From: Syntrophales bacterium
GTDB lineage: Bacteria > Desulfobacterota > Syntrophia > Syntrophales > UBA2251
Assembly: GCA_035358035.1 (NCBI GenBank)
Contig: DAOPOS010000011.1
Coordinates: forward strand, 1,477-65,476
Direction: 5' to 3'
Length of the DNA: 64,000 bases
The position numbers and the translations under genes were made by a program. Under the pieces are notes generated by a model. It saw only the letters and a list, made by a program, of their open reading frames with translations. It made no database searches and was not told the DNA's origin. Each line of letters begins with the position of its first letter. Position 1 is the stretch's first letter. Of the stretch, positions 41,079 to 50,445 are shown piece by piece.

Positions 41079-42890
41079 ATGGAGAGGGTAGAGACCACGC
41101 TGCCGAAACTCCTGTTGGAGAAGGCCCGGATCTATGGGGGGCGGGTCGCCATGCGGGAGAAGTACAAGGGCATCTGGCAGGAAATCTCGTGGAACGCCTA
41201 CCGGGACAAGGTCGAGGCCTTCTCGCTGGGCCTTGTAGCGCTGGGCATGACGAAGGGGGATCAGGTCTCGATCTTGGGAGAGAACTGCCCGGAGTGGATC
41301 TTTGCCGACCTCGCGATCCAGAGCGTGGGTGGCGTGGCGGTCGGCATCTATCCGACGAATTCGGCCGACCAGGTCCGGTATATCCTCGACCACAGCGAAT
41401 CCCGGTTCGTGGTCGTCAAGGACCAGGAGCAGGCGGACAAGGTACTCGCGGCCCAGGCGTCGCTGCTCCGCCTTGCGAAGATCATCGTGATCGACATGAA
41501 GGGGCTGCGCCATTACGAAGAGCCCCTCATCGTCAGCTATCGGGAGGTGGAAGCGGCCGGCCGGGAGGCGGCCCGTCAGGACCCGGAACGCTTTCCCCGG
41601 CTCGCGGCGGCGACCCGGCCCGAGGATGTGGCCTTTATCGTCTACACCTCGGGCACCACGGGGCATCCCAAGGGCGCCATGATTTCGCACCGGAACATCA
41701 TCCATCAGATCGTCAACGGCCTGCAGCCGATCCTGCGCTTCACGGATCGGGACACCCTGCTGTCCTATCTGCCGCTGTGCCATATCCTGGAGCGAAACCT
41801 GTCCATGGCAATGCCCCTGGTGTTCGGCTACACTATTAACTTTGCCGAGTCGATCGAGACGGTTCAGCAGAATATTCAGGAGATCGGTCCGACGTTCTTT
41901 GCCGCCGTTCCGCGGATCCTCGAAAAGCTCCACTCGAGCGTCCAGATCCGGATGGGGGATTCAACGCGGTTCAAGCGCTGGGTGTATCGGGCCTGGCAAC
42001 CGGTCGGGCGCCGGGTTTCGCAGTTTGAAATGAGCGGCGAGCCGGTTCCCTGGGGCTGGCGGCTCCTGTACGCCCTGGGTTATCTCTTCAGCTATCGCGC
42101 CATCCGGGACAAGATCGGAATGCTCAACTGCCGTTGCCTGATGAGCGGCGGCGCCCCCATTGCGCCCGAGATCCTGAGTTTCTTCCGTTCGCTGGGCGTG
42201 CGGACCATCGAGATGTACGGGATCACGGAAACGGCGGGAACGGTGTCCGGTCCCCAGGGCACAATCAAGCATGGCTCCGTGGGCGAGCCGTGCCGGGCGC
42301 TGGAACTCAAACTGGCCGAGGACGGGGAGATCCTGCTGCGCGGGGATTCGATCTTTGTCGGATACTACCGGGATCCCGAGGCGACCCACGATGTCCTTCC
42401 AGACGGCTGGTTCCATACGGGCGATGTCGGCGAACTCGACGCGGACGGCCATCTTTACATCGTCGACCGCAAGAAGGACATCATCATCACCTCCGGAGGG
42501 AAAAACATCTCTCCCTCGGAGATCGAAAACAAACTCAAGTGCAGCACCTACATCAAGGAGGCCATCGTCATCGGGGATCGCCGCAACTACATCACCGCCC
42601 TGATCCAGATCGATTACGACAACGTGGGCAACTGGGCGCAGAAGAACAGGATCCCCTACACGACCTACCGGAGTCTGGCGGAAAATCCGTCCGTCCACGA
42701 TCTGATCCGCGAGGAGGTCCATGCCGCGAACGAAGGTCTCGCCCAGGTGGAAACCGTCAAGAAGTTCAAGATCCTGGAGAAGGAACTGGACCAGGATGAC
42801 GAGGAACTGACGGCCACGCAGAAGGTGAAACGCAAAATCATCGAGGAGCGGTTCAAAGGGGAAATCGACGCGATGTACACGGGGCGGTGA
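41079..42890 (+). CDS. long-chain-type AMP-forming acyl-CoA ligase embedded in the ABC operon
   Basis: YTSGTTGHPKGA, YGITETAG and GWFHTGDVGELDADGHLYIVDRKKDII motifs. Internal ATG 41079. Confidence 0.85.
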   Translation: MERVETTLPKLLLEKARIYGGRVAMREKYKGIWQEISWNAYRDKVEAFSLGLVALGMTKGDQVSILGENCPEWIFADLAIQSVGGVAVGIYPTNSADQVRYILDHSESRFVVVKDQEQADKVLAAQASLLRLAKIIVIDMKGLRHYEEPLIVSYREVEAAGREAARQDPERFPRLAAATRPEDVAFIVYTSGTTGHPKGAMISHRNIIHQIVNGLQPILRFTDRDTLLSYLPLCHILERNLSMAMPLVFGYTINFAESIETVQQNIQEIGPTFFAAVPRILEKLHSSVQIRMGDSTRFKRWVYRAWQPVGRRVSQFEMSGEPVPWGWRLLYALGYLFSYRAIRDKIGMLNCRCLMSGGAPIAPEILSFFRSLGVRTIEMYGITETAGTVSGPQGTIKHGSVGEPCRALELKLAEDGEILLRGDSIFVGYYRDPEATHDVLPDGWFHTGDVGELDADGHLYIVDRKKDIIITSGGKNISPSEIENKLKCSTYIKEAIVIGDRRNYITALIQIDYDNVGNWAQKNRIPYTTYRSLAENPSVHDLIREEVHAANEGLAQVETVKKFKILEKELDQDDEELTATQKVKRKIIEERFKGEIDAMYTGR

Positions 42891-42932
42891 GATCGCGGCC
42901 GTGACGTCCGGATCGGGAAGAGGGGTGGAGGC

Positions 42933-43832
42933 ATGGAGAAGATTCTGGAGATCCTGTTGAACGGCCTGTCCATGGGGGCCATTTACGCCCTGCTGGCCCT
43001 GGGGTTCGTCCTCATCTTCAAATCGACCGGCGTCATCAATTTTGCCCAGGGCGAACTGGCCATGGTGGGGGCCTTCATCTGCTACAGCTTCGCGACGCTC
43101 ATGGACGTGCCTTATGTCTATGCCTTCCTTATCGCCCTGATCGGCGGCCTCGTTCTGGGCGCGATCGTCTATCAGGTCTTCTTCCGGACGATGGTGGGCG
43201 AGCCCCTGTTCTCGACGATCATGGTGACCGTCGGGCTCGCGAGCATCCTCACCTGCGTGGCCGGCCTCATCTGGGGACACGACGTCTATTCGCTCCGCTC
43301 CCCCTTCACGGACAAGATCTTCAACCTCGGGGGGATCATCTTCGCCCAGGGTTCGTTCTTCACCATTATCGTGTCCGTTGCCCTGTTCGCCCTGTTTGTC
43401 CTGTTTTTCAATCGCTCGCTCCTCGGGATCTCCATGCGCGGGACGGCCGAGGACCCCGATACCGCGGGGCTCATGGGCATCAACGTGAAGCGGATCCACA
43501 TGGCGGCCTGGGCGCTGGGGGCGCTGGTCGCGGCAGTGGCGGGCATGTTCCTCGCGGAGCAGAGTTTCGTCCGCCTTTCCATGAGCCATACGGGGATCAA
43601 GGCCATGGCGGCGGCGATTCTCGGGGGGATGGACAGCATCAGCGGTGCCATCCTGGGCGGGATCCTCATCGGCCTGGTCGAAGGCCTGGCCGCGAGCTAT
43701 CTGAGCGGCATGGAGCTGGGGAACTTCCACCTGGGGGACATCAAGGATGTGGCCGCCTTCGCGATCATGATCCTCGTGCTCATGGTCCGGCCGCACGGCA
43801 TCTTCGGCCGGGAAAAGGTGGAGAGGGTGTAG
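42933..43832 (+). CDS. branched-chain-type ABC permease (LivH-like)
   Basis: LLNGLSMGAIYALLALGFVLIF N-terminus; about 8 TM helices. Confidence 0.85.
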   Translation: MEKILEILLNGLSMGAIYALLALGFVLIFKSTGVINFAQGELAMVGAFICYSFATLMDVPYVYAFLIALIGGLVLGAIVYQVFFRTMVGEPLFSTIMVTVGLASILTCVAGLIWGHDVYSLRSPFTDKIFNLGGIIFAQGSFFTIIVSVALFALFVLFFNRSLLGISMRGTAEDPDTAGLMGINVKRIHMAAWALGALVAAVAGMFLAEQSFVRLSMSHTGIKAMAAAILGGMDSISGAILGGILIGLVEGLAASYLSGMELGNFHLGDIKDVAAFAIMILVLMVRPHGIFGREKVERV

Positions 43833-43840
43833 GGACCGCC

Positions 43841-44875
43841 ATGGCGAACTTCAAGGTCAGCTATCAGGCAGATACGGCGCTGTTCCAGAACCTCTGGGTC
43901 AAGTCCTGGCTGGCGATCTTCGTGGTGGCGATGATTGCGTTCCCCTTCCTGATGTCCCGTTATCAGTTGAGCATCTTGAACGAGATGGGCATTGCCGTCA
44001 TCGGCGCCCTGGGGCTGAATCTTTTGACGGGCTACACGGGACAGATTTCCCTGGGGCACGGGGCCTTCGTGGCCATCGGCGCCTACACCACCGGTCTGCT
44101 GGCCGGAACGCTTGGCGTTCCCTTTGTGATCTCGCTGCCCCTCTCCGGTCTGATGGCCGCCCTTCTGGGCATGATCGTGGGGATCCCTTCCCTGCGCCTC
44201 AAGGGGCTCTATCTGGCCCTGGGGACGCTGGCCTTCGGCTTCATCGTGGAATACGTCCTCTTCCACTGGGACCTCACCCAGGGGGATATGGGCATGGCCG
44301 TTCCCAAGATCGGCGCGGGAGGGGTGCTCATCGAAACGGAGCGGCAGTATTTCTTTCTGATCATGTCGTTTGCGGTCCTGGCCACGCTTGTCGCGAAGAA
44401 TCTCGTGCGCACCAAGATCGGCCGCTGCTTCGTGGCCATCCGGGACCGGGACATCGCCGCGGAGGCCATGGGAATCTCGCTCGCCAAGTACAAGATCATG
44501 GCTTTTGCCGTCAGCGCCTTCTACGCCGGCGTGGCGGGATGTCTGATGGCCCATTACCAGAAATGGATCGTCCCCGGAAACTTTGACATCTCCCTGTCCA
44601 TCGCGTATATTGCCATGATCGTTCTCGGGGGGATGGGAACCATCCTGGGGTCTATCCTCGGGGCCATCCTGATTACCGGCATTCCTCACGGCATTGTTTT
44701 TCTGACCGACACCTTTCGCGATACGTATCCCGGCCTCAGCGGGCTGATTGTGGATATCAAGCTGGGCATTTTCGGCCTCATCATCGTCCTCACGCTGCTG
44801 TTCGAGCCCCAGGGGCTGTTCGGGATCTATCGGCGGATCAAGGTCTACTGGAAGACCTGGCCCTTCAAGTATTGA
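43841..44875 (+). CDS. branched-chain-type ABC permease (LivM-like)
   Basis: GQISLGHGAFVAIGAY motif; polytopic. Confidence 0.85.
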   Translation: MANFKVSYQADTALFQNLWVKSWLAIFVVAMIAFPFLMSRYQLSILNEMGIAVIGALGLNLLTGYTGQISLGHGAFVAIGAYTTGLLAGTLGVPFVISLPLSGLMAALLGMIVGIPSLRLKGLYLALGTLAFGFIVEYVLFHWDLTQGDMGMAVPKIGAGGVLIETERQYFFLIMSFAVLATLVAKNLVRTKIGRCFVAIRDRDIAAEAMGISLAKYKIMAFAVSAFYAGVAGCLMAHYQKWIVPGNFDISLSIAYIAMIVLGGMGTILGSILGAILITGIPHGIVFLTDTFRDTYPGLSGLIVDIKLGIFGLIIVLTLLFEPQGLFGIYRRIKVYWKTWPFKY

Positions 44876-45033
44876 GCGGCGGGCCTGCCGTTCGCAGATA
44901 CGCGGCGGCGTCCGCCGATTTTCGTCGAAGGAGGCCGTTGTTCCGGCACAGGGATGCGGAAAGGGCCCTCGACCCCCCGGGGAGGGGCGGGGGAGACATC
45001 GATGGATCCAACCATGACAAAGGAGGGGAAGCG

Positions 45034-46248
45034 ATGAAAATCAGAACGTGGAGATGGAGTGTCGTTTTGGCGGTCGTCCTGTGCCTGTCGGTCGGCAGCG
45101 CCTGGGCGGCGGCCGTGCGCGGGGTGACGGACAAGGAAATCAAGCTGGCCTGTCTCGTGGACCTGTCGGGTCCGGGGAAGTACGGCGGACCGCCCATTGC
45201 CGATGCCTTCCGGGATTACGTGGCCTGGGTGAACGACACGGGCGGCATCAACGGCCGGAAGATCAACCTGATCGTCGAGGACAACGGGATTCTGCCCACC
45301 ACGACGATGAACGCCGCCAAGAAGGTGATCCTCAAGGACGAGGTCCTCGCCATCGCCTTCAACCTGGGCAGTGCCGGGTCGAGTGCCATCCTGCCCCTGT
45401 GTGAGGAGAACCAGGTCGTCCTGATGCCCCACGGGGCCAACAAGGAGTTCTATTCCCCCGGCAACAAATGGGTCTTCGTGCCCCATACGGTCCAGTTCAG
45501 CATGGCGTCGCGGGCGGTCGAATACATTCTCGGAAAGAACAAAAAAGCGAAGATCGGGATGATTTATCAGGACGACGATTTCGGGAAGGAAGGTCTGGAA
45601 GGCGCCCGCGCGGCGGCCAAGTTCATGAAGACCAAGCTGGTGGCGGAGGCCCCCTACAAGACCGGGACCATCGATTTCACGCCGCACATGAACGCCATGA
45701 AGGAGGCCAACGTGGACACCATCGTCCTCTGGACGTACCTGCCCCAGTCGGCCGCCATCATCAAGCAGAAGGTCAAGATGGGCTGGGATGTCCAGCTGAT
45801 CTCCAACAACACGACCGGCGTCCCGCCGCTGTTCGCCCTGACGGGAGAGGCGGCGGACGGCTACATGCTCGTCACGCCCTACGCCCCGGGACACATGGAC
45901 CTGCCGGGGATCAAGCGCATCAAGGCAATCAACGCGAAATACGGCAACCCCGCCAAGACCCTGGGCAACCCCATGTACCCGGATTACCTGTATCTGGCGG
46001 GCTGGGGGTACATCGAGGCCATGGGCCAGGGGCTCCGCAAGGCGGGGCGGAACCTGAACCCCGAAACGCTGGTCAAGGGGCTCGAAAGCGTCAAGAACTT
46101 CGACATGGGGGGGCTTTCCCCGAACATCACCTTCGGTCCGAAACAGCACGTGAGCAGCTTTTCCAGCCTCGTTCTCCGGGCGGATGGAAAGGCCAAACGT
46201 TTTGTCATCGTCGATTCGATCAAGGCGCCGCGGACGCCCCAGAAGTGA
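45034..46248 (+). CDS. periplasmic substrate-binding protein (Leu/Ile/Val-binding family fold)
   Basis: ATG 45034 after AGGAGGGG. Signal peptide MKIRTWRWSVVLAVVLCLSVGSAWA, then GVTDKEIKLACLVDLSGPG. Confidence 0.8.
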   Translation: MKIRTWRWSVVLAVVLCLSVGSAWAAAVRGVTDKEIKLACLVDLSGPGKYGGPPIADAFRDYVAWVNDTGGINGRKINLIVEDNGILPTTTMNAAKKVILKDEVLAIAFNLGSAGSSAILPLCEENQVVLMPHGANKEFYSPGNKWVFVPHTVQFSMASRAVEYILGKNKKAKIGMIYQDDDFGKEGLEGARAAAKFMKTKLVAEAPYKTGTIDFTPHMNAMKEANVDTIVLWTYLPQSAAIIKQKVKMGWDVQLISNNTTGVPPLFALTGEAADGYMLVTPYAPGHMDLPGIKRIKAINAKYGNPAKTLGNPMYPDYLYLAGWGYIEAMGQGLRKAGRNLNPETLVKGLESVKNFDMGGLSPNITFGPKQHVSSFSSLVLRADGKAKRFVIVDSIKAPRTPQK

Positions 46249-46363
46249 CCGGGTGAATCGCCCGACCCGGTCGGACACGCCGCCGATCAGGGGCCCGGAG
46301 GCGGATGCGCCCGTCGTCCGGCCCCTGCCCCCCGGGGGGTGAACAACCCCCCGACGCGCGCCC

Positions 46364-46401
46364 GCGCAACATGTGGAGGGTCAGGAAACCGTATGTTGTG
46401 C
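46364..46401. promoter_or_regulatory. candidate enhancer (UAS) inverted repeat GCGCAACAT-N20-ATGTTGTGC
   Basis: Half-sites match those at 39143-39181, and both spacers contain GGAAAC. Ends 73 nt upstream of the sigma-54 promoter at 46475. Confidence 0.55.
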
Positions 46402-46474
46402 CTCCCGAGGGGGTTTTCGGGCGGCATGAATGGCAAGCCTTTGAAATCATGGCGATCTGTTTGTGAATGAGGAG

Positions 46475-46490
46475 TGGCACCCATTTTGCT
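46475..46490 (+). promoter_or_regulatory. sigma-54 promoter, consensus TGGCAC-N5-TTGCT
   Basis: Exact match to TGGCAC-N5-TTGCW, 58 nt upstream of the SDR gene's GTG. Confidence 0.8.
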
Positions 46491-46547
46491 AACGAGACGG
46501 GATACGTATTCCAGCACGCCATCAATCATTCGGAAAGGAGAAAAAAC

Positions 46548-47312
46548 GTGGATACATCCTATCTGTCACTGCAGGGAAAAGTCGCCGTCGTCACCGGAGG
46601 GAGCCGGGGCATCGGCCGGGCCGTGGCGTTGGCGCTCGCCGATGCCGGGGCCGATGTCGTCGTCGGCAGCCGCAAGCTGGCCGATCTTGAAAAGGTCGCC
46701 GAGGAGATCAGGGCCATGGGGCGAAAGGCCCTGGCGGTGGCAATGCACAACCGCGAGGTCGAAAGCATCAGGAATTTCGTCGATACCGTCGTGAAGGAAT
46801 TCGGTCGCATCGACATCCTCGTGAACAATGCGGCCACCAATCCCGGCATGGGGCTGCTCGTCGACATGGACGAGAAGATGTACGACCAGATCATGATCAC
46901 CAACCTCAAGGGCTATACCATCCTGAGCCAGCTCGTGGGAAAGGTCATGCAGCAGCAGAAGAGCGGCAATATCGTCAACATCTCCTCCGTCGGCGGCGTG
47001 AGCCCCGATATCGGACTGGGGTTGTACTGCATCAGCAAGGCCGGGATCGGCATGCTGACCCGGGCGATGGCCAAGGAACTGGGTGATTTCGGCGTCCGCG
47101 TCAACTGCATCGCTCCCGGCGTGGTCCGGACGAAGTTCAGCCAGGCCCTGTGGAGCAATGAGCCGATGATGAAGCAGGAACTCGCCCACACGCCGATCAA
47201 ACGCATCGCCGAGCCGGAAGAGATCGGGCGGATCGCCCTGTTCCTGGCGTCGGACGCCTCGGCCTACATGACGGGGCAGATCCTGGTCGTCGACGGCGGC
47301 GGATCGATCTGA
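46548..47312 (+). CDS. short-chain dehydrogenase/reductase (FabG-like)
   Basis: GTG 46548 after AAAGGAG. TGGSRGIG, NNAA and YCISKAG (YxxxK) motifs. Confidence 0.85.
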   Translation: MDTSYLSLQGKVAVVTGGSRGIGRAVALALADAGADVVVGSRKLADLEKVAEEIRAMGRKALAVAMHNREVESIRNFVDTVVKEFGRIDILVNNAATNPGMGLLVDMDEKMYDQIMITNLKGYTILSQLVGKVMQQQKSGNIVNISSVGGVSPDIGLGLYCISKAGIGMLTRAMAKELGDFGVRVNCIAPGVVRTKFSQALWSNEPMMKQELAHTPIKRIAEPEEIGRIALFLASDASAYMTGQILVVDGGGSI

Positions 47313-47370
47313 GGACGGGTCGTCAATTCATCCCTCAGCCGGAGAGAATGCATAAGGAGGCACGGGTACC

Positions 47371-48813
47371 ATGGGTTTAATGACCGCACAGGAGTACAAG
47401 GACAGTTTGAATGACGGGCGCATCGTCTACTACAAGGGACGAAAGATCGACAACGTCGCCACGGATCCGGATTTGAAGGCCTGCGTCGAGACCCTCGCCG
47501 TCGACTACGAAATGGCCCACGATCCTCAGTACAAGGAGCTTGCCCTCGTGTACGACGAGCAGCTGGGCGAGAATATCAGCCGCTATTACCACACGCCGCA
47601 GAACGGGCAGGACCTCCTCAAGCAGCTCGAGCTCATCATCAAGGCCACGGAACTCGGCGATGGCTATATCCCCCTGGCCCACGACATCGGCGCGGACGCC
47701 CTGAATGCGATCGCCATCACGGCGCGGTCGATGAAGGACGCCGGCAAGGTCTATCTGGAGCGCATCGAGAACTTCCGCACGTACCTGAAAAAGACGGACA
47801 AGTGCATCGTCGCGGGCGTGACGGACGTCAAGGGCGATCGGAGCCTGCGGCCTTCCGATCCGAAACAGAATCACCCCGATTTCAACGTCCGGATCGTGGA
47901 GCGGAACGACCAGGGCATCATCGTGCGCGGCGCCAAGGTCCATATCACCGGGGCGGCCTATGCCCACGAATTCTTCGTCATCCCCTGCCGGGCCATGACG
48001 GATGCGGATTCGGATTACGCCGTGGCCTTCGCCATCCAGGCGAACGCCAAGGGGATCCGGCAGATCGTTCGCCCTTTCCACGGACGGATCAGCGATATGG
48101 AGTTTCCGGTCAAGCGGGAGCTGCGCCGGATGCACACCGATTCTCTCATCATCTTCGACGATGTCTTCGTCCCCTGGGACCGGGTCTTCCTGTGCGGCGA
48201 GGTGAAGTTCGCCGCCTCCATCGTCTACAACTTCGCCCTGATGCACCGCCGCACGGGCTGCGCCTACCGCATTCCCCTGAGCGAGCAGCTCCTGGGGGCC
48301 GCCGTGGCGATCGCCGACTACAACGGCGTGGCCGATGCTCCGCACGTCAAGGAAAAGATCACGGAGTGCGTCATCTATCTGGAAACCCTTTCTGCCCTGT
48401 CCCGGTCCGCCTGTCTCGACTTCGTGGACCATGCGGGCATTCCGGTGCCCAATCCCATGACCACGAACATCGCGAAGTACCACTTCGCCCACAATTATCA
48501 CAAGATCGTCGAGATCGTTCAGGACCTGGCGGGCGGACTCCTCGTCACCGCCCCGACGTATCAGGACTGGTGCAATCCCGAGACGCACGGCGACATCGAC
48601 AAGTACCTGGGTGGAAAGGCCGGCCTGCCGACGGAAACGCGTCTGCGCATGTTCGACCTCATCCGCCGGATGACCTCGGCGGACCTGGAGACGATCTGTC
48701 TCCACGGGGAGGGTTCGCCCTACGCCGAGCGGATGACGATCCTGATGGAGGCCCGCGGGCTCATCAAGAAGTGCAAGCAGATCGTCGAGGAACTGGCCGC
48801 GATCAAGAAGTGA
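47371..48813 (+). CDS. 4-hydroxybutyryl-CoA dehydratase / HpaB-family flavoprotein homologue, apparently lacking the N-terminal Fe-S cysteines
   Basis: The C-terminal half (ADYNG, HVKEKI, LAGGLLVT, RLRMF, HGEGSPYAERMTI) resembles AbfD. The region aligned to the AbfD CxxxC reads GDGYIPLAHDIGADALNA. Confidence 0.65.
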   Translation: MGLMTAQEYKDSLNDGRIVYYKGRKIDNVATDPDLKACVETLAVDYEMAHDPQYKELALVYDEQLGENISRYYHTPQNGQDLLKQLELIIKATELGDGYIPLAHDIGADALNAIAITARSMKDAGKVYLERIENFRTYLKKTDKCIVAGVTDVKGDRSLRPSDPKQNHPDFNVRIVERNDQGIIVRGAKVHITGAAYAHEFFVIPCRAMTDADSDYAVAFAIQANAKGIRQIVRPFHGRISDMEFPVKRELRRMHTDSLIIFDDVFVPWDRVFLCGEVKFAASIVYNFALMHRRTGCAYRIPLSEQLLGAAVAIADYNGVADAPHVKEKITECVIYLETLSALSRSACLDFVDHAGIPVPNPMTTNIAKYHFAHNYHKIVEIVQDLAGGLLVTAPTYQDWCNPETHGDIDKYLGGKAGLPTETRLRMFDLIRRMTSADLETICLHGEGSPYAERMTILMEARGLIKKCKQIVEELAAIKK

Positions 48814-48976
48814 AGGCCTCCCGGTGGGAATGTCCCGGATGCGCTTTCCGCCCGCGGGCGGGGGTGCGTCCGGGCGGGGCGCCTTTTCGGGGAGTTTCGT
48901 GCCGCGCCGCTGAAGTCCGGCGTCAAGCCACGGAGGCGGGGAAGGCGCGAAGCGTTTGTTGGTGAGGAGGAGAATC

Positions 48977-50443
48977 ATGATCGGTATCACATCTTTTGGG
49001 GGGTACATCCCCCGTTTGCGATTGAGCCGGAAGCTGATTGCCCAGAACGTGGCGTGGTACTCGCCGGTCATCTGGGGCGCGGCCCAGGGGGAGAAGGCCG
49101 TGGCGAACTGGGATGAAGACGCCCTGAGCATGGCCGTGGCGGCCGCGCAGGACTGCCTGCTGGGACGGGACAGAACGCAGGTTGACGGCGTCTATGCCGC
49201 CTCGACGACCTTCCCGTTTACGGACCGTCTCAACGCCGATATTCTGGCGACGGCCCTGAACCTGAACGAGGACGGGACGGCCTGTGCGGATTTCACGGGC
49301 TGTCTGAAGGCCGGAACGACGGCCGTCATCTCGGCCCTGGAGGCGATTCAGGCCGGCGGAAAGACGCGCGTCCTCGTGGCGGCGGGCGACCAGCGGCGGA
49401 CGAAGATGGCGACCAACTTCGAAATGTTCCTGGGGGATGGGGCGGCCGCCCTGCTGCTGGGCAGCCAGGAGGTGATTGCCGAATTCAAGGGCGGCTATTC
49501 CCTCAGCTGCGATTTCATCGATCATTATCGCGGCGCCGGCAAGGAGTTCGACTACGCGTGGGAGGAGCGCTGGGTCCGGGATGAGGGATACGGCAAGATC
49601 ATCCCCCGGGCCATCGCCGGCTTCCTCAAGAAAACGGGCCTGACCATCGGCGAGTTCGACAAGGTCGTCTATCCCTGCTACTTCAGCGCCACCCACAGGG
49701 GGATCGCCAAGAAGCTCGGGCTCGATCCGGCGAAGGTGCAGAGCAACCTTCACGAGGTCTGCGGAGACACGGGCGCGGCGCACCCGCTGGTCATGTTCGT
49801 GGCGGCCCTGGAAGACGCCAGGCCCGGCGACAAGATCCTCCTCGTGGGGTTCGGCCAGGGCTGCGACGTCCTGTATTTCCAGATCACGGACGCGATGTCG
49901 GAGTATCGCGGCGGTCAGGGCGTCAAGGGCTCGCTCGCGAAGCGGGCGGAATTGACGAGTTATACGAAATTCATGAAGTTCCGGGATATCGTCACCGCGG
50001 ATCTGGGCATTCGCGGCGAGGCCAATCCGAATTCGTCGCTCAACATCCTGTGGCGGAACCGCAAGAAGCTCATCGGCCTGGTCGGCAGCCGCTGCAAAAA
50101 ATGCGGAACGCCCCAATACACCTTTACACCCGTCTGCGTGAATCCGGACTGCAACGCCGTCGGCGATATGGAAGACTACGCGTTCTCCGGTCAGAAGGGG
50201 ACGGTCTTCATGTATACGGGCGACATGCTGGCCGCTTCGGTCGATCCGCCGGCGATCTACGGGATCGTGAACATCGAGGGCGGGGGCCGGCTGCTGGCCG
50301 ATTTCACGGACTGCACGCTGGAGGATATCAAGGTGGGGCTTCCCGTCCAGATGTCGTTCCGCCGGAGGTCGAAGGACCCCGTGCGCGGGTTCAGCGGCTA
50401 TTTCTGGAAAGTCGTCCCGCAGGCGACCGAGAAGGGGGTGTAA
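48977..50443 (+). CDS. HMG-CoA synthase-like condensing enzyme fused to a DUF35 zinc-ribbon/OB-fold domain
   Basis: ATG 48977 after GAGGAGG. DEDALSMAV and FTGCLKAGT (Glu and Cys motifs). C-terminal CKKCGTPQYTFTPVCVNPDC plus an OB-fold. Confidence 0.7.
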   Translation: MIGITSFGGYIPRLRLSRKLIAQNVAWYSPVIWGAAQGEKAVANWDEDALSMAVAAAQDCLLGRDRTQVDGVYAASTTFPFTDRLNADILATALNLNEDGTACADFTGCLKAGTTAVISALEAIQAGGKTRVLVAAGDQRRTKMATNFEMFLGDGAAALLLGSQEVIAEFKGGYSLSCDFIDHYRGAGKEFDYAWEERWVRDEGYGKIIPRAIAGFLKKTGLTIGEFDKVVYPCYFSATHRGIAKKLGLDPAKVQSNLHEVCGDTGAAHPLVMFVAALEDARPGDKILLVGFGQGCDVLYFQITDAMSEYRGGQGVKGSLAKRAELTSYTKFMKFRDIVTADLGIRGEANPNSSLNILWRNRKKLIGLVGSRCKKCGTPQYTFTPVCVNPDCNAVGDMEDYAFSGQKGTVFMYTGDMLAASVDPPAIYGIVNIEGGGRLLADFTDCTLEDIKVGLPVQMSFRRRSKDPVRGFSGYFWKVVPQATEKGV

Positions 50444-50445
50444 CG

